A stretch of DNA of 64,000 nt from Camelus dromedarius (taxonomy: Eukaryota), in contig NC_087471.1 of NCBI RefSeq assembly GCF_036321535.1, positions 930,001 through 994,000 on the forward strand. The letters are read 5' to 3'. Below are positions 1 to 11,329 of this stretch, one piece after another. Every line of letters starts with the position of its first letter. Position 1 is the stretch's first letter. The translations under genes and the position numbers were made by a program. A model generated the notes under the pieces. The model had not been told where the DNA came from. It searched no databases and was given only the letters and a program-made list of their open reading frames with translations.

Positions 1-456
1 CTACACGGCACTTTAAAAACATTCCAAAATTAAGGAGGGTGGGTAAAGTATGTTTGGAAAAATACTGATAATTGTTGCAGCTGGACAGTGAATTATGTGG
101 GTTTGTTGGTATACATTCTCTTTTGTTTGGTGTGTGTTTGGAAACTTTCCTAATTAAAAAGCAGGGGGAAAGTCTGCACCAATGAACTATTTTTGGACCA
201 GGAACAAGTGGGAAGAGTGGAACGGCAGGATGCGGAAGCACTGAGTAGTGATCTCGGTCATGTTCTGACCCTGTGCAGGGCTTGTGTGTGCGGGAACTTA
301 GGAACCTGTGTTTATGTCTAGAAAACACAAGAGAATCAGTTTGAAATATTACTAGACTCTTAGAAGGCAGACGATATGCATAGGGAAACCAACAGCTGAC
401 TTCTGCAAAGGCGGCGTCAACTGAATATGGTGGAGAGACTTACTTAAAAGAGGCAT

Positions 457-1020
457 CTTTTACACCCCATGTTCATAGCAGCACTGTTCACAACAGCCAA
501 GACACGGAAACAGCCTAAATGTCCATCGACAGAAAAATGGATAACGAAGCTGTGGTGTACTTATTGAATGGAATACTACTCAGCCATAAACAATAATAAA
601 ATAATGCCATTTGCAGCAATGTGGATGGCCCTGGAGATTGTCATTCTAAGTGAAGTAAGCCAGAAAGAGAAAGAAAAATGCCACATATCACTCATTTGTG
701 GAATCTAAAAAAAAAAGGACAAACGTATGTCCAAAACAGACACAGACTCAGACATAGTAAAGAAACTTACGGCTACCGGGGGGAAGGGGGTTGGGAAGGG
801 ATAAATTGGGGTTCAGATTTGCAGATACTGGTATATGTAAAATTGATAAACAAGTTTATACTGTGTAGCACAGGGGACTATATTTGATATCTTGTAGCTT
901 ATGGTCAAAAAGAAAATGAAAACGAATGTATGTATATTCATGTACGACTGAAGCATTGTGCTGTGCACCAGAAATTGATTATAAACTGACTAGACTTCAA
1001 TTTTAAAAGACGAATAAAAG
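457..1020 (+). mobile_element. 5'-truncated LINE-1 3' end (artiodactyl/camelid-type) with target-site duplication
   Basis: Typical L1 ORF2-end/3'UTR text (catgttcatagcagcactgttcac...atggaatactactcagccataaa...). Flanked by AAGAGGCAT at 448-456 and 1021-1029; the 5' site reads ctt/aaaa, the L1 endonuclease consensus. Confidence 0.85.
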
Positions 1021-1229
1021 AAGAGGCATGTTAAGTACAAGCTACCTGGAAAAATCCTTAGTCCACAAGTGAGACCCGCACGTCATCAGACTTCACTGAG
1101 AAACATCCGAGGTCTGAGTATACGGACAGGAAGATGGCTCTTCCCAAATTGATTGAGAACTGTGTTGGATCTCTGCCGAAAGAGAGTACATTCCACTGAG
1201 AACCACTGCCAGCTAGAACCACCTCTGAG

Positions 1230-2110
1230 GGCGGCTTGGTGAGGAGGGGTGAGGCGGCTTCGGGGGCCCGCGAGGCCGGCGCGGAGCGAGCCCGCCCGCC
1301 GGAGCCAGGCGGCCGGCGGCGGCGGCGGCGGCCTGAGCCCGGCTCCCCCCTGTGTTGCAGTCGGGGCGGTGCCCGTCCTCTCCAGGGAGTCCGCGTTCGG
1401 GAAGAAGGGCCAGCGCCCCGGCCAGGTGAAGACTCCGCACAACCCCCTGGACTCCAGCGCGCCCCTGGTGAAGAAGGGGAAGCAGAGGGAGGTGCCCAAG
1501 GCCAAGAGGCCAACCTCGCTGAAGAAGGTGCGCTGCTTCGTTGGGAGCTGGGCGCGCAAACCCTGCCGCCCCTCCTGCGTCCCTGACTCGCGCCCTGTAA
1601 TCTGCATGCGCTCCGTCCGGGTGCGCGCGCGCGGCGCCGGGGCGTGGGGAGCGGCGTGGGGAGCGGGTGCCCCAGCTGCGGGCGGGGGCGGGGGAGGGGG
1701 GTCCTACTTTTTAATTTACTGTCTTAATACTTCGGAGTGACGTGGACGGAAGACCAGAAGTGTGGGGAGTGTGTTTTCACTCGCATTTCCTCAGCCTCCC
1801 AGTCGGTCTGACGTTCAGGTTTCATAAACACTCGCCCCCCTTGGCGCGTGTTCTTTGGTTTAATTCTCGAAGCAGCCTGGGGGGCGCGGTCCGTCTCAGG
1901 TGGAAGAGCGGCTTTCTCTGTGGGCCTGGCGGCCGTGAGGCGCGCAGCGGCAGCAGAGCCCGCGTCGCGCGCCCGGGGCTGGTGGCCGGCGGCTCCTGGG
2001 CCGGGGCTGGGGGGGTTGGGCCGGGGCAGGGGTGGGGGGGGACATGGTGGGCCGGGGAGTCAGGGCCTCGGCGGGCGCGCTGCTCACAGGCTGAACTGAG
2101 GCGGCTTATT
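1230..2110. promoter_or_regulatory. Intragenic CpG island spanning a SECISBP2 exon, with (GGC)6, GC boxes and G-tracts
   Basis: Dense CpG, (GGC)6 at 1315-1332, (GC)n at 1622-1632, GGGGCGGGG boxes near 1684-1695. Judged by eye; CpG o/e not computed. Confidence 0.65.
1361..1527 (+). CDS. SECISBP2: SECIS-binding protein 2, internal exon (about human exon 11; K-rich motif)
   Basis: tgttgcag| acceptor, AAG|gtgcgc donor, 167 nt; encodes VGAVPVLSRE...KTPHNPLDSSAPLVKKGKQREVPKAKRPTSLKK. Confidence 0.96.
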
Positions 2111-2175
2111 TTGCAGAAGACCTTTATTTTTTGATGCAGGCATTGGGTGTTTTAATCGTGTGTTTAATTTTAAAG

Positions 2176-2314
2176 ATTATTTTGAAAGAGCGGCAGGAGA
2201 GGAGGCAGCAGCGTCTCCAGGAGAATGCCGCGAGCCCCGCCCCTGCCGGCGAGGACGCGCAAGGCGGGGAGAGCGGCGGCGACGAGCAGGCGCCCGAGCA
2301 GCCTGACCCCTCAG
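2176..2314 (+). CDS. SECISBP2: SECIS-binding protein 2, exon (about human exon 12; IILKE motif)
   Basis: tttaaag| acceptor, G|gtacgc donor, 139 nt; IILKERQERRQQRLQENAASP...EQPDPS. Confidence 0.96.
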
Positions 2315-3384
2315 GTACGCGTTCTGCTACTGGCTTCTGAAACAGCCCTTCAGCAGGCACAGCCGTGACACCGCCGGCTGTGCAGGGCGCTGCCCCGTCC
2401 TGCTCCCTGCACAGTAAAAGCGGGTGGGCACTGGGCTCGGGGACGTGGAAGTGTTCAGATCCCAGCCGACAGTGAGAGGACGTCCCCGGGGGTGGGTGTG
2501 GGTGAGGCCCCAGGCGTGAGCTCCGTGGCCTTGGGTGGTCCTCGCGATTTGAAGTGGCCTTGGGAACGGACACCGTTCACTGCAAAGCTGCTTTCCCACA
2601 AGTGCGAGAGGCGTGGTATCCTACAAAAACATGGGGTAAATAAGCGTGTACTTTCGGAACAGCACACGGATCACGAGCACATAGCTGGGGTGGCCACAGC
2701 ACCCGGTCCAGAAGCATAGCAACCTCGCGGTCCCCTGCCGTGGTCCCGGCCCGAGGCCTCGCCGTCTGCAGCCCCACCCATGAGCCTTGGGCCTTCGTCC
2801 CCGTGGGATCTTGCAGCGTGTGCCCCTCCGGCCGGCAGCATGTCTGTGGCCTGCAGAGATCATTCCCAGTTGTCACTGCTGCAGAGCATCCAGGCGTAGG
2901 GACGTGCCCGGTGGCCCGGGGTGTTCTGGGAGTTTCCACTTTGGGGCTGTTAGAAGCTGGGTGGCTGTGGTGGCGTGGGATGTGTGCAGAGGACGTGAGC
3001 ACCCCTCCGGCTGGCATTGCCACGGGCAGAGCCCAGGCCTGGGTCCATGGCCCTCCAGCCCTAGAGGCTCCTGCCGCATGGCTCGCAGGACGTCTGCTGT
3101 CTCTCCTGATGGGTGGGCTCCTCCTCCTGGTGCACGTGTGCTTCGGAAGTCTCTAGAAGTGACCCTTGAGGTGCTGTGAGCTGTTGCTGAATCCTGCCTG
3201 ACGTGTTTAAACACACTTGTTGTGGCTCTCCCAGTTCAGATGCTGACATTCAGCTCTTTTTTAAGGTTATTTGATAAAGGAACAGTCTCAAGCATTTAAG
3301 TGCAAAAAAATTCAGAACTAAAAACCTGCGTTTAAAACTGATGGATATAAACTTCAAGTTCAATTTCAAAATTAAAAAATAAGT

Positions 3385-3460
3385 TTGGCCACTGAACCAC
3401 ACATTTAAAAATGGGTAAGATGGCAAATTTTGTGAACATTTGTCACAATAAAAGTAAGTG
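3385..3460 (+). mobile_element. Old L1M(B)-type 3' tail fragment
   Basis: catttaaaaatgggtaagatggcaaattttgtg...cacaataaaa resembles L1MB terminal sequence (from memory). Confidence 0.5.
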
Positions 3461-3701
3461 AAAAACTAAATTAAGGGCGGGGAGGCACCTTCAGGCAGTG
3501 CAGAGAGCTGCTCGGTTCTTCTGTTTTTCCCAGGCTATTCCGGTCATTCCTCTGCCTCCGGGATGCTCGGAAGCCGAGGCTGGCCGCTCTGGTGACACCA
3601 CCCGCCGAGGCGCTGTCGAGCATTCCTGTCTCCAGGCCCCCTCGGTTTGTGCGCAGGGCCCTGCAGGTGCCAGGCCATGACTTCTTTCTCTGAAACTCCA
3701 G

Positions 3702-3825
3702 GGGGGTCGGAAGAGTCGGTGTCCTGTGCTCCTGTGGAGGAGAGCAAGTCCAAAATGCACCCGGGAGCTGAGCTCCAGAGGGAGGCGGAGGCCCGCCCCA
3801 GGATCCACAGCCGGCGGTTCCGGGA
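3702..3825 (+). CDS. SECISBP2: SECIS-binding protein 2, exon (about human exon 13)
   Basis: ctttctctgaaactccag| acceptor, GA|gtgagt donor, 124 nt, phase 1 to 2; ends ...PRIHSRRFR(D). Confidence 0.93.
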
Positions 3826-4427
3826 GTGAGTGAGCCAGGGCCGTGCCCGCGCGGGGCCGGGGACACTCACATTGAGGGTTCAGCTCTCCGCCTGGCGTGC
3901 TCAGCGCAGCAAAGCTGCGAGGCTGGGCCCCAGGGCCCAGGGCCTAGTCATAACACGCAGAGGGCTCCCTGACGTCCTGCGACATCTCTGTCCTAGTGAC
4001 ATGATGCCAGAGGTGCGCTTGGGGAGACGGGTCGTGAGGTGACAGCTCCTGACATCTGGTTTCCTTCTTGTGGTTTAATTTCTCTGCATTGTTTTTTAGG
4101 GAGCTCTGCCTCCTTCCCTCCCACTTTCCTGCACCGTAGACTCCCCCAGGCGTTTGTTTTCACGGGGAGCAGCCGTGGTCGGGGCGCAGTGGGGCTGTGC
4201 TGGAGAGCAGGGCGGAGGTCTCTGTCCTTGCAGTCGGGGGCGCGGGAGGATGCCTCCATCCTTACCTTCCTGAAAGTCACATTAGCGAGGAGTTCCACCT
4301 TTCTGACTAGCGGTGTTGGTCAAAGCGCGGTTGTTGGGGGTGGGGGGGCCCTCATCTGAGCTGTGGCGGCAGCCGCGCGCTGAGCCACGGCCGGCAGAGC
4401 GCTGACCGTGTCTGGTGCTGCTTCCAG

Positions 4428-4648
4428 CTACTGCAGCCAGGTGCTCAGCAAGGAGGTAGACGCGTGTGTCACGGGTCTGCTGAAAGAGCTGGTGCGTTTC
4501 CAAGACCGGACGCACCAGAAAGACCCGGTCAAGGCCAAGGCCAGGCGCCGCCTCGTGCTGGGGCTGCGCGAAGTCCTCAAGCACCTGAAGCTCAGAAAGC
4601 TGAAGTGCGTCATCATCTCGCCCAACTGTGAGAAGATCCAGTCGAAAG
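4428..4648 (+). CDS. SECISBP2: SECIS-binding protein 2, exon (about human exon 14; start of L7Ae RNA-binding domain)
   Basis: cttccag| acceptor, G|gtaagg donor, 221 nt; YCSQVLSKEVDACV...RRLVLGLREVLKHLKLRKLKCVIISPNCEKIQSK. Confidence 0.98.
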
Positions 4649-4969
4649 GTAAGGGCGCCGCGCGTCCCCGCCGGGCTCCGGTCGGCCCCGTGCCCGCGCC
4701 GCGGCGGCACAGTTTGTTTTGTGTTCTTGTCGTGGAGTAATTTGTTCCCGAAGTTCGTATGGTCCCTAAGGGCCGTGCTCTGTGAGGTGGCCGGGCCCCT
4801 GCGGTCCCCACGGTGTGGATCGGGTTGGCCCCTGCGAGCCTCTGGCGGCAGGAAGGGCTGCATGTCCGTCACGGGTCGTGCGGGGTGCCTTCCCGGCGTG
4901 CTCTGGGGCTGGGGAGGGGCGCTCGCTCACACCGCACAGGCTTGTGATGGCAGCCGTGGGCTTCCGTCT

Positions 4970-5110
4970 GTTTTGCTTATTTTTTATGACTGGTTTTGGT
5001 TGGGGGAGGTCGTTAGCTGTGTTTGTTTTTTCATGGAGGCGCCGGGGATGGAACCCAGGACCTCGCGCCTGCTGGGCAAGCGCTCTGTCCCTGAGCTACA
5101 CCCTCCTCCC
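4970..5110 (-). mobile_element. tRNA-derived SINE, Vic-1-like (camelid)
   Basis: Reverse complement reads gggaggagggtgtagctcagggacagagcgcttg...gaggtcctgggttccatcccc, then an A-rich tail. Confidence 0.8.
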
Positions 5111-5440
5111 TTGTGCATTTGAAGTTTACTTGCTCGGTCTGTAAGTCATCCGGCCACTCTTTACTGGTCCAAGCGCTTGCCCTCCCATTGCAGCTGGGGT
5201 ACTGGCTCTCTTCTGTGGGGTGTGGTATGCCGGGCGAGGTGATCACCGGACGGATGCCTGTGATGAGGTCTCTCCGTCGACCCTCGCTGGTCTGTTCTCC
5301 GTCCTTCTTGGGCCACGTGGTAGAGAGGCTGGTAGTTGGGAGCAGAACGCCGTCGCTCAGACAGCGGTCCTCCGTCGTTGTCCGAACGTTCAGAGCCCCC
5401 CCCCCCCCCCAGCCAGTCCTCCCCGGGGGTGTAAAGTTCG

Positions 5441-5499
5441 GCTCGGCTGGAGCCCCACCCCCCAGGGATCAGCTCGGCTGGAGCCCCACCCCCAGGGAG
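5441..5499 (+). repeat. Tandem duplication of a 28-mer (31-bp period)
   Basis: gctcggctggagccccacccccaggga occurs at 5441 and 5472. Confidence 0.85.
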
Positions 5500-7915
5500 C
5501 CAGTCCAGGTCCTAGTGCTCAGCGTTTCCGGTTGCTGCTTCCAGACTCACTGCCGGCCCCGCGGGCTTGTCCTCGTCCTGGCTCAGGGCAGGTCCAGGCC
5601 CCGCCCTCGGGACAGAGCCTCAGGGACCTGCCCGTCTGGCTGTGTCTGGAAGCGTCCCCCCCGCAGTCCTGTGGCAGGCGCTGGGCGTGACGTGGCCCGT
5701 CCCTCGGGCTCTCGGCCAGCTGCCCGGGCCTCCCGTGAGGCCGGGGGTGCATCGGGCCTCCTGCAGCCTGGCCGGCCTCCCCGCCTCCCGTCGGGGTGTG
5801 CCGTGTGTTGGTTCCCAGGCCTCGGGCTGGGAGAAGGGGTGCGGGCAGCGCATCTGGGAGGTGGGGCTTGGCGTCCAGCCTTCCTGATCTGTGGCTTTTC
5901 CACCGTTCTCCCCTGTGCCCAGGGTGCTGGGACGCGCTGCAGGTTGTGCTCCGTGTCCTCCCCCCGACGTGCCGCTGGGAGCGCCTCCCGGACCCGTGCG
6001 TGGGGTGCTGGGCCTGCTGGCCTCCTGTGACTCCCTCCTCTTCCTTCCACCTCTTGTCTTTTGGTCTTGGTTACAGTAGAGACTTTCTAGCCCTGTCTTT
6101 GAAGCTTTCTGTGGAGGTTTTCATCTCTGGGAGCTGTGTGTGTCGTTCTCTGCAGGTTCTGTGTGTGTCGCAGCCGCTGTTGCCTCGGGTTGGGGGGGGT
6201 TACCTCCCTGAGAACCACGGCGACGTGAAGCGTCCTTCTCCGCGAATGGCCTCCCTTTCCAGGGAAGACCAGGTGGTCTCCAGGGGCTTGCTGTCTGGTC
6301 TCATGGTGGACGTCTTTGCACACGTCCGGGTCCACCTGTCTGTCTGTTAAGAGCCACTGCAACTGAGGGATACCCGGGGGCGTGGCTGGCATTTACAGGC
6401 CTGGAGCTGCTCTGTGGGGCAGGGGCTCTCAAACCGCAGTGAGCATCAGAATCACCCAGGAGGCTGGAGAGGACGCGGATACAGTGGCCCCCAGCTCTGT
6501 GTTCCTGGCAAGTTCTCGGGTGGTGGTGCTGCTGCTCAGGGACCCCAGGCGCCACCCTCTGCTGTAGGAGGGCGGCGGGGCCTCCGCCCTGTTGGAAAGC
6601 ACCCCAAGGGCCAGCTCTCTGCCTCCACATGCCCTGGAGGAGAACCTCGTACCTCCTGCTGGGACCGTGGGGTCCAGTGTCGCTCAGGCCTGCTGCTCAG
6701 TGCTGGGGTGTCCGCCTGGGTGAAGTGGGCCTGGGCACCAGCTTGCTGCCACCTCATCTGAGCTGCACCCTGAATCTCTGAGCTCCCTCCGGACTTGTGA
6801 AGCTGGCGCTGCCAGCTAGTTGGCGAGCTCTGGGCGGTGAATTCTAGGGTGTAGACGGCTGGTCCTGGGTGTTTTCCCCCTGGCTTAGTCAGCTGTGTGC
6901 ATCTCAGCTTCCAGAAATGTTTTTGCTCTTCTCTCGCATTCTTCTGGGGATTTTCATCCTTGAAAGACACACCAAAAAAAGGGGATGGATGTATTCATCT
7001 GACGGTCCGCCCTGTCTTCCCTGTGAGCCCCACTCCTCTCCTCTGATGCTGGGAGCGTGCTGACGGCGTCCCGAGGGCGTGCTAGGCGTTCACAGTACGT
7101 TGTGTGCTCATTCGTCCCTACGTTGTTTTGCTTTGGGGCACAAGGAACTTGATTATGTGTCTTACGAATGTTCCTTGATAGCCAGTGGGTTGCGGTCACT
7201 TTAGAGATAAAATGTAGTGTTACAGCCTGGGATTCTGTTAAAATGCTGTATTTGCTCTGAGCAGCATTTTGCCTAATAATTCTGAACTTAAACTTTTAAG
7301 TGGAAGTTGTTTCTCTGAGCACTTGCGTGTTTTAGGTTGAGAAGTCGGCACTTAGAAGTGCTCTCAGCTCTCACTGGAGATGTGGGCTGGGGGTCAGGAA
7401 AGCATCGGACGCTTCCAGCATCTTCTCCCAGGCGCGTCAAACAGGACACCCTGAGTCCTCCCCAAATGAGGTGCGACGCAAGTGTGAAGTGTCATGTCAT
7501 CCACCAGGGTAGCTCCTCAGAGGCTCGCGCACCCTGCGTTTTTACTGGGGCTGGCCATGTGGGCACCCGCTGCCTGGCATGTGCCGAGATCCCAGACGCA
7601 CAGAAGAAAAGCATAACCCTCTGTTTGCTTACGTGTTTTGGACACAGTAGCCATTCTCATCAGGGGTGGGGGGCGGCGCTCCCAAAACCCAAGTTCAGGT
7701 GCCAGCCAGGGTTCAGCCGCATAAGCTGACCTTCCTAAGGGCAGCAGCTGCCCAGTTGGCCCTGTGACAGTTCTTCCCTGCACCTGCTAAAGTCACGTCT
7801 GCGATCATGTCTGGGCTTGGGGTGGACACCAGGCGTGAGAGGCCACGAGGCCAGTGTCTTAAGAGGCTCGGTCAGGGTCCTGTGATGAGCTGAAAACACC
7901 GCACTGTGAGGAACA

Positions 7916-8047
7916 CAGCCTCACCTCCGTCCCCGTCCCCCCGGCGCCCAGCCTCACCTCCATCCCCGTCCCCCCGGCTCCCAGCCTCATCTCTGTCTCC
8001 CCAGCTCCCAGCCTCAGCTCCGTCCCCGTCCCCCCGGTGCCCAGCCT
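7916..8047 (+). repeat. About 33-bp C-rich minisatellite, about 4 copies
   Basis: Unit cagcctcacctccgtccccgtccccccggcgcc starts at 7916, 7949, 7982 (shortened) and 8009. Confidence 0.85.
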
Positions 8048-8869
8048 GCCCGGAACTGGGGCTCTTCTTTAACGTCTGTGCCCCTGAGGGGCTCCCTCAG
8101 CACCTTTCACACTCTTCAGGTGGCCCTGGGCGGGGGGGGGCAGGTTTAAGGGAGATGGGGCCTACGCATGGATCCCCAGTCAAGCCAGCTGGAGTGAGTT
8201 CCCGGTTCCCACTGAGCAGGCGGATGTGCATTTGAGAAGTTGCTCTTTTCAAAGAAAATTGGGCAGACACACGTGACCAGGTACCAGGCGACAGGGCATG
8301 CTGGGAAGTCTTCCTTCTCATGCGGGTGTTGTGGGTAGTGTGCGCGCGGGGGTCAGCTTGCCGAGGACCTGGGGCAGAGCCACGATGGGACCTGCTTCCA
8401 GGTGTTAGGCTCAAGCAGCTGGCCATGCCGGGGGCAGGTTCAGTGCCTAGTACTGTGCCTTGGCGAGTGAGTCCCCCAGATTGTTCCCACCTCCCGGATG
8501 CAACCCCCTTTGTCATATTTTGATGTGTCCTTGATATTCTGTACGTGCGCACGTGTGTGTGTGAGAGTATGTGTGAGATCTGGCATCCTGGGCCCCAGTT
8601 GTGCCTTGCTCTTTTTAGCATCACAGTGTGTCTCGGGACCCTCCCTTTCCTCCGGCCGCACAGTCTCTTGCTGATGGACACTTAGCTGCCTTCGGATTTC
8701 TGCAGCCGTAAACAAGGACGCCCTTGCACGCCGTGGCTTCTTGCCCTTGTGAATGTCTCTGTGGGCGCATTCCCAGAGGAACAGGGCACCTGCACCTGTA
8801 AGGCTAACGCACGTGCCACCTCCCGGGCCCCCGCCCGCTTTCTTGTGGGGAGACTTGGAGCACGGTCCA

Positions 8870-9600
8870 CTTGTGTACGGACTTGGTGTTTTCTCTAAAT
8901 TGTTGATTCTCTGCTTTGGGAGGTCCGTCAGTTTTGTGTGCATGTACTGTTTTTTATAATAAGAGTGCTTTGGGTGAGAGTTGAGGAGTATTTTTCTGGG
9001 TTGTCATTTGCTCGTTTTTCTTTACACTTGGTTTTGGCCACGCAGAGGTTTGAGGTGGGTGTGCTGGTGTGTTTAGTCTTGTTTTCATTGCATCCAGGTT
9101 TTATGTTATTCCTCGACCTTCTCCGTGATTATCCAAGATTTATTTTTCCATTGCTCTTTCCTGGGTTTTCCGTGTTTTCATTTTTGTTTGCTCAGGGAGA
9201 ATGTGTTTCGGGTGGGGCCTCGCGGGGGCCGCCCCGCTGTTGCTGCTCCGCTGCCTCTGGGGCTTCGAGATGCCCCTGCTGACCCGCCCTGCTTCCGCGC
9301 ATTTGGGTCATTTCCGGGCCCTCCCTTCTGCCACCCTGCGTCCCCTTATCACGTTCTTGTAGTTTTAATGGAGAATTGGCATGTGATCATCCTGGATCGT
9401 TCCATCCCGGAGTCGCGGTGCCTTGTGTGTGGACAGTCTAATCACCAGCATGTTGAAGTTGTTTCGTAAATCCCTCAGTTTCTTCGTATGGTTGTTGCCA
9501 CCTGTTGGGACTCTCCGGCTGCTGTTGGAAGTGGAGCCATCTTTTCTGTTTTCTGTTCGGCCGGATGATGCCTGCGTGCGTGTTACTTGTGCGCAGACGC
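8870..9600 (-). mobile_element. Probable degraded ancient L1 fragment (antisense)
   Basis: T-rich composition and phrasing typical of antisense L1M ORF1/5' region; no exact family recognised. Confidence 0.35.
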
Positions 9601-10213
9601 CCAGATGTGATTCCTTGTTGGTTCTGTCCCTGCAGTGCTGCTGTGTTTCTGACTCGGGAGGCCGTCACCCTCACACAGAGCCCCTTCACCCCTCTTCCTG
9701 CTCGTGGTGTCCCTGCTCCCCAGCTCCACCCTCCTCCCCAGCCCCACTGCCGCCAGCCCCCAGCCCACAGCCCCCAGCCAGGGCCTCGCTGGGAGGTCGG
9801 GTGGAGGCTGGAGACTCTGGGCAGGTGCCCAGTGACCTCTCGGACTGCAGATTTTCATCTTTCAGCGGGGTGCAGGGTTTCCCGAGGATTCAGGAGCTAA
9901 TCCACGCGAGGTAGATAGACCGCGGCCTGGCGCCTGAGTGTTCATTTCCCGCCACAAACAGCGCTCGCTGTTGACTCGACATGGACACGTTTGATTCCAC
10001 GAGAAGTGTCTTTTTTGGAGAGTTGATTTCTTCCCCGTGGCTCAGAGCAGTAGTGTACTTGCCCTGGAGTTTCCCAGCGAAGCCTGGCCCGGGACTCTGG
10101 CAGAGGAAGGAGGTCGCTGGGAGTGTCGCTGTCTGATGGGAAGAGCCCTTAGCGACTGGTGCGGCCAGCACGCTCGTGTGACGCACTCCTGCTGTGTCTG
10201 TTCCCTCGACCAG

Positions 10214-10368
10214 GTGGGCTGGACGACACGCTGCACACCATCATCGACCATGCCTGCGAGCAGAACATCCCGTTCGTGTTTGCTCTCAACCGCAAAGCGC
10301 TGGGGCGCAGCCTGAACAAGGCGGTCCCCGTCAGCGTGGTGGGGATCTTCAGCTACGATGGGGCCCAG
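10214..10368 (+). CDS. SECISBP2: SECIS-binding protein 2, exon (about human exon 15; L7Ae core)
   Basis: gaccag| acceptor, CAG|gtgagg donor, 155 nt; GGLDDTLHTIIDHACEQNIPFVFALNRKALGRSLNKAVPVSVVGIFSYDGAQ. Confidence 0.98.
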
Positions 10369-10648
10369 GTGAGGCGGGGAGGGGGCGCGGCCTGTCTGCC
10401 AGTGCTCGTGGGAGGGAGTCGGGAGAGGTGGGGCTTGCCTGTCCTCTGGGGGAGCAGCCCGAGGGCCCCGGGCTGGAGGCGGCCGCCTTGGCGGCCTTGT
10501 TTCCTTAACAGCACAGGCTTGGGATTCCGAGAGCTCTGGGCTCACGGCAGGCTGGAGGCATCCCTGTGGAGGGCGCCGTCGCCAGTTTGCAGGGGGCCGT
10601 GTCCTCTGTGGTTGGGGGACATGACCTGTGCTCTCGTTTCTGCCCAAG

Positions 10649-10841
10649 GACCAGTTCCACAAGATGGTTGAGCTGACGATGGCGGCCCGGCAGGCGTACA
10701 AGGCCATGCTGGAGAATGTGCACCGGGAGCTGGCGGCGGCCCCCGGGCCCCAGGCCCCGGCCAGCCCGCCCGTGCAGGGGCCCGGCTGCTCCACGGAGGA
10801 CGGGCCCCCGGACCCCGCTGGGAAGGAGGAGCCGCGCTACA
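10649..10841 (+). CDS. SECISBP2: SECIS-binding protein 2, exon (about human exon 16)
   Basis: gcccaag| acceptor, A|gtgagt donor, 193 nt; DQFHKMVELTMAARQAYKAMLENV...KEEPRY. Confidence 0.97.
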
Positions 10842-11225
10842 GTGAGTGCGGGGTGGGGGGCGGCTGAGCGCCCTCTAGGTCTTCGTGCCTCTCAGGCCCC
10901 ATTAGGCTGGGTTCAGACTTGTGAGGGCTGGTCAGCGGGTGTCTCAAACAGACCTTGGGTCAGTCAGCACCCGAAGGGGGTGGCCTTGAGGACAGCTGTG
11001 TCCCCCGTGGGCCGTTGTCAAGGCCTCTGTGCGCCGTGGTCAAGGCCGCTGTGCGCCGTGGGGACCGATGCTGCTCACAGGGGTCGCAGCGGGGGGCTCA
11101 GAGTGGGGTCCTGGTCGGGACCTGTCTGCTGGGCGGGCCGTGTGCTGCCTGCCTCCCAGGAGGCCTCCCGGCCTGTCCCTGCTTGTCCCTGCCTTTCCCT
11201 GAGCTGTGTGCTTTCCTGTTCCCAG

Positions 11226-11329
11226 TTGAAATCTGGAGAAGGCACCTGGAGGCGTACAGCCAACGTGCCCTGGAACTGGAGACGTCGCTGGAGGCTTCGA
11301 CCTCTCAGATGATGAACTTGAATTTGTAA
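11226..11329 (+). CDS. SECISBP2: SECIS-binding protein 2, terminal coding exon
   Basis: ttcccag| acceptor; (I)EIWRRHLEAYSQRALELETSLEASTSQMMNLNL, then TAA at 11327-11329. Confidence 0.97.

Noticed and set aside
5113-6030. 305-aa + strand ORF
   Set aside because: Lies in a SECISBP2 intron, starts at a non-ATG codon, has Pro/Arg/Gly-rich composition and no recognisable domain; long ORFs are expected by chance at this GC content.
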